The notes under the pieces are model-generated. The model was not told where the DNA came from, made no database searches, and was given only the letters and a program-made list of their open reading frames with translations. From Squalus acanthias (lineage: Eukaryota): DNA of 64,000 bases. The stretch covers positions 868,001 to 932,000 of the forward strand of contig JASTWF010000088.1 in the NCBI GenBank assembly GCA_030390025.1. The letters run 5' to 3'. The position numbers and the translations under genes are program-made. This document shows, piece by piece, positions 61,460 to 64,000 of this stretch (position 1 is the stretch's first letter; the number at the start of each line of letters is the position of its first letter).

Positions 61460-61840
61460 CTGCTTTAATTCAGGTCCGCTCTCGGGCTGCTCTATATCCT
61501 CTCCCCGCTGCCGCTGCTTTAATTCAGGTCCGCTCTCGGGCTGCTCTATATCCTCTCCCCACTGCCGCTGCTTTAATTCAGGTCCGCTCTCGGGTTGCTC
61601 TATATCCTCTCCCCGCTGCCGCTGCTTTAATTCAGGTCCGCTCTCGGGCTGCTCTATATCCTCTCCCCGCTGCCGCTGCTTTAATTCAGGTCCGCTCTCG
61701 GGCTGCTCTATATCCTCTCCCCACTGCCGCTGCTTTAATTCAGGTCCACTCTCGGGCTGCTCTATATCCTCTCCCCGCTGCCGCTGCTTTAATTCAGGTC
61801 CGCTCTTGGGCCGCTCTATATCTTCTCGCTGCTGCCGCTG
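61460..61840 (+). repeat. 54-bp tandem repeat x~7 at the CR1 5' end
   Basis: Unit CTGCTTTAATTCAGGTCCGCTCTCGGGCTGCTCTATATCCTCTCCCCGCTGCCG. Confidence 0.92.
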
Positions 61841-63327
61841 ATTTACCCACCTTTGCTCGATATGTCCCTCATACACTTACCTAACAAAACACTATCTCCA
61901 TTTTGAAAGCTCCAATTGATTCTCAACATCCACAGCCTTTTTGGGAGAGCGTTCCAGATTTCTACTACCCTTCGTGTGAAGAAGTGCTTCCTGATTTCCC
62001 TCCTAAATGGTCTCGCTCTAATTTGAAGATGATGTCCCCTTGCTCTTGATTGCCCCCCAGAGGGAGTAGTTTCCCTGTATCTACTCTATCAAATCCTTTT
62101 AACATTTTAAACACCTCGATCAGGTCACCCTTCAATCTTTGAAACGTGAGAGAATACAAACCAAGTTTATACAACCTGTCCTCATAATTGAACCCTCTAA
62201 GCCCCAGAATCATTCTGGTGAATCTGCTCTGCACCCTCTCTGTGCCCTGAACTGAACGCAGTGCTCCAGATGGGGTCTAACCACAGCTTTATAGAACTGT
62301 AACCGAACTTCCCCACTTTGTATCCCAGTCCTCGAGACAGGCCAACATTCCATAAGCCTTTTTAATTATTTTTTATCCTTGTCCACTAGCTTTTAGTGAT
62401 TTCTGTACTTGGAGCCCTAAATCTCTCTGCACCTCCACAGTTCCCAGCCTCTCGCCATTTAGAAAATACTCTGATCGATCTTTCTTGGGTCTAAAGTGGA
62501 TGACCTCACACTTTCTCACGTTGAACTCCATCTGCCACAGTTTTACCCACACTTAATCTAACGATGTCCCTTTGCAACTTCCTGCTCACATCTACACAAC
62601 TTACTGTCCCCATAACTTAGTCTCATCGACAAACTTAGATAGACAACTCTCCATTCCTTCATCCAAGTCATTTATAAATGTGGTGAAAAGCTGAGGCCCC
62701 AGAACAGATCCCTGGGGACACCACTAGTCACAACCCACCAATCAGAGTACCTACCCTTTATCCCCACTCTCTGTCTCCTACCTCCCAACCAATTTCCAAC
62801 ACAGTCTAAAGACCACCTTCAATTCCATGCACTCTCATTTTTGCTAAGTCTCTTGTGTGGAACCTTATCGAATGCCTTCTGGAAGTTCATATAAATAACA
62901 TCCATAGACACTCCCATAGCTACCTCATTAGTGACCTCCTCAACATAATCAACTAGATGAGTCAGACCTGACTTACCTTAACAAAGCCGTGCCTCTCTCT
63001 GATCAGTTCATATTTGTTCAAGTGCTCAGTCACTCTGTCCCTAATAACAGATTCTAGTAGGTTCTCAAACCCAATGTTAAACTGACTCCCTATAACTCCA
63101 ACCTTTCTGTCCTCCTCCCGCCTTGGACTGCCTCCTACTCCATGGTGCCTTGGTCAACATTGTGGCCATCCTTCCCAAAGCCTTGATCCTTATCTCCACC
63201 GGCAGCAAGCACATCGTACCTGTTGAACCTCCTTCACTAGATTACCCAACCCTGCTGACCATCAGTCACAATCCTCCTCCTGAACCTGTACCTCTCTACT
63301 TGGTGTGACTGAAATCTGCAGTAAACT

Positions 63328-63673
63328 AGGCCCCTCTCCCTCAGTCTGTCAGTGGGTGGGTTACCCCCGGCCCCTCTCCCTCAGTCTGGCAGTGGTTGGG
63401 TTACCCTGGGCCCCTCTCCCTCAGTCTGGCAGTGGGTGGGTTACCCTGGGCCCCTCTCCCTCAGTCTGTCAGTGGGTGGGTTACCCCGGGTCCCTCTCCC
63501 TCAGTCTGTCAGTGGGTGGGTTACCCCGGGCCCCTCTCCCTCAGTCTGTCAGTGGGTGGGTTACCCCGGGCCCCTCTCCCTCAGTCTGGCAGTGGGTGGG
63601 TTACCCCGGGCCCCTCTCCCTCAGTCTGGCAGTGGGTGGGTTACCCTGGGCCCCTCTCCCTCAGTCTGGCAGT
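63328..63673 (+). repeat. 40-bp tandem repeat x~8.5
   Basis: Exact 40-bp period GGCCCCTCTCCCTCAGTCTG(G/T)CAGTGGGTGGGTTACCC(C/T)G. Confidence 0.95.
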
Positions 63674-63747
63674 GATGTTGATGATTGAATTGCAGGGAGC
63701 AATGTTAATTATCTGACCAATGAGATGCTGCATTCAGTCACTCAGCT

Positions 63748-64000
63748 GGTGATGTTTTGGGGTTCATGCCCTGATGTCTCTCTGCATGTGTGGGGTTGAT
63801 GTTTTGGGGTTCATGCCCTGATGTCTCTCTGCATGTGTGGGATTGATGTTTTGGGGTTCATGCCCTGATGTCTGTGTGTGTGTGTGGGGTTGGTGTTTTG
63901 GGGTTCATGCCCTGATGTCTCTGTGCGTGTGGGGGGCTTGGTGTTTTGGGGTTCATGTCCTGATGTGACTCTCTCTCTGTGGGTTTGGTGTTTTGAGGTT
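63748..64000 (+). repeat. Short version of the intron 1 minisatellite in the paralog
   Basis: ~6 units of TGTTTTGGGGTTCATGCCCTGATGTC. Confidence 0.93.

Larger units (their letters stand above)
59227..61840 (-). mobile_element. CR1 LINE with both ends and an internal deletion, specific to the paralog
   Basis: TSD ATTTA at 59222-59226 and 61841-61845; RT C-terminal ORF 59307-60029; ORF1 esterase fused to RT at ~60620. Confidence 0.85.
58923..64000 (+). other. Paralogous copy of class I intron 1 (segmental duplicate of ~1322-4480 and ~10230-10272)
   Basis: Collinear unique sequence, shared CR1, shared 40-bp repeat and TTTTGGGGTTCATGCCCTGATG satellite; lacks the RTE insertion; ends in the satellite variant that precedes exon 2. 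Confidence 0.9.

Noticed and set aside
61457-61876. 139-aa ORF with 18-aa repeats
   Set aside because: Translation of a 54-bp array in a CR1 5' region; no independent coding evidence

Overview
Eukaryotic, very repeat-dense genomic DNA, most likely from a cartilaginous fish (shark). The only host gene is an MHC class I heavy-chain gene of the shark UAA type on the + strand: SXY-like promoter, leader 869-917, alpha1 10393-10653, alpha2 13904-14176 and alpha3 36621-36896, all joined by phase-1 GT-AG introns. I found no transmembrane or cytoplasmic exon downstream. Instead, from ~58.9 kb the window enters a diverged duplicate of this gene's intron 1 with no visible leader or promoter, and its alpha1 exon is predicted ~120 bp beyond the window end. 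The introns hold minisatellites built from splice-signal-like motifs and a nested set of mobile elements. These include many CR1 LINEs (mostly antisense), an L2, a 5'-inverted RTE, and two near-intact autonomous Harbinger transposons (DDE transposase plus a 3-exon Myb/SANT gene) in inverted orientation around alpha3. There are also three Harbinger MITEs, two Tigger-like MITEs, a young Gypsy LTR element, solo LTRs, Penelope fragments with hammerhead-like motifs, and a decayed LTR element with gag-like, integrase-tail and fusion-glycoprotein-like env remnants. Exon, TIR, LTR and TSD coordinates were read by hand; LINE boundaries are approximate.
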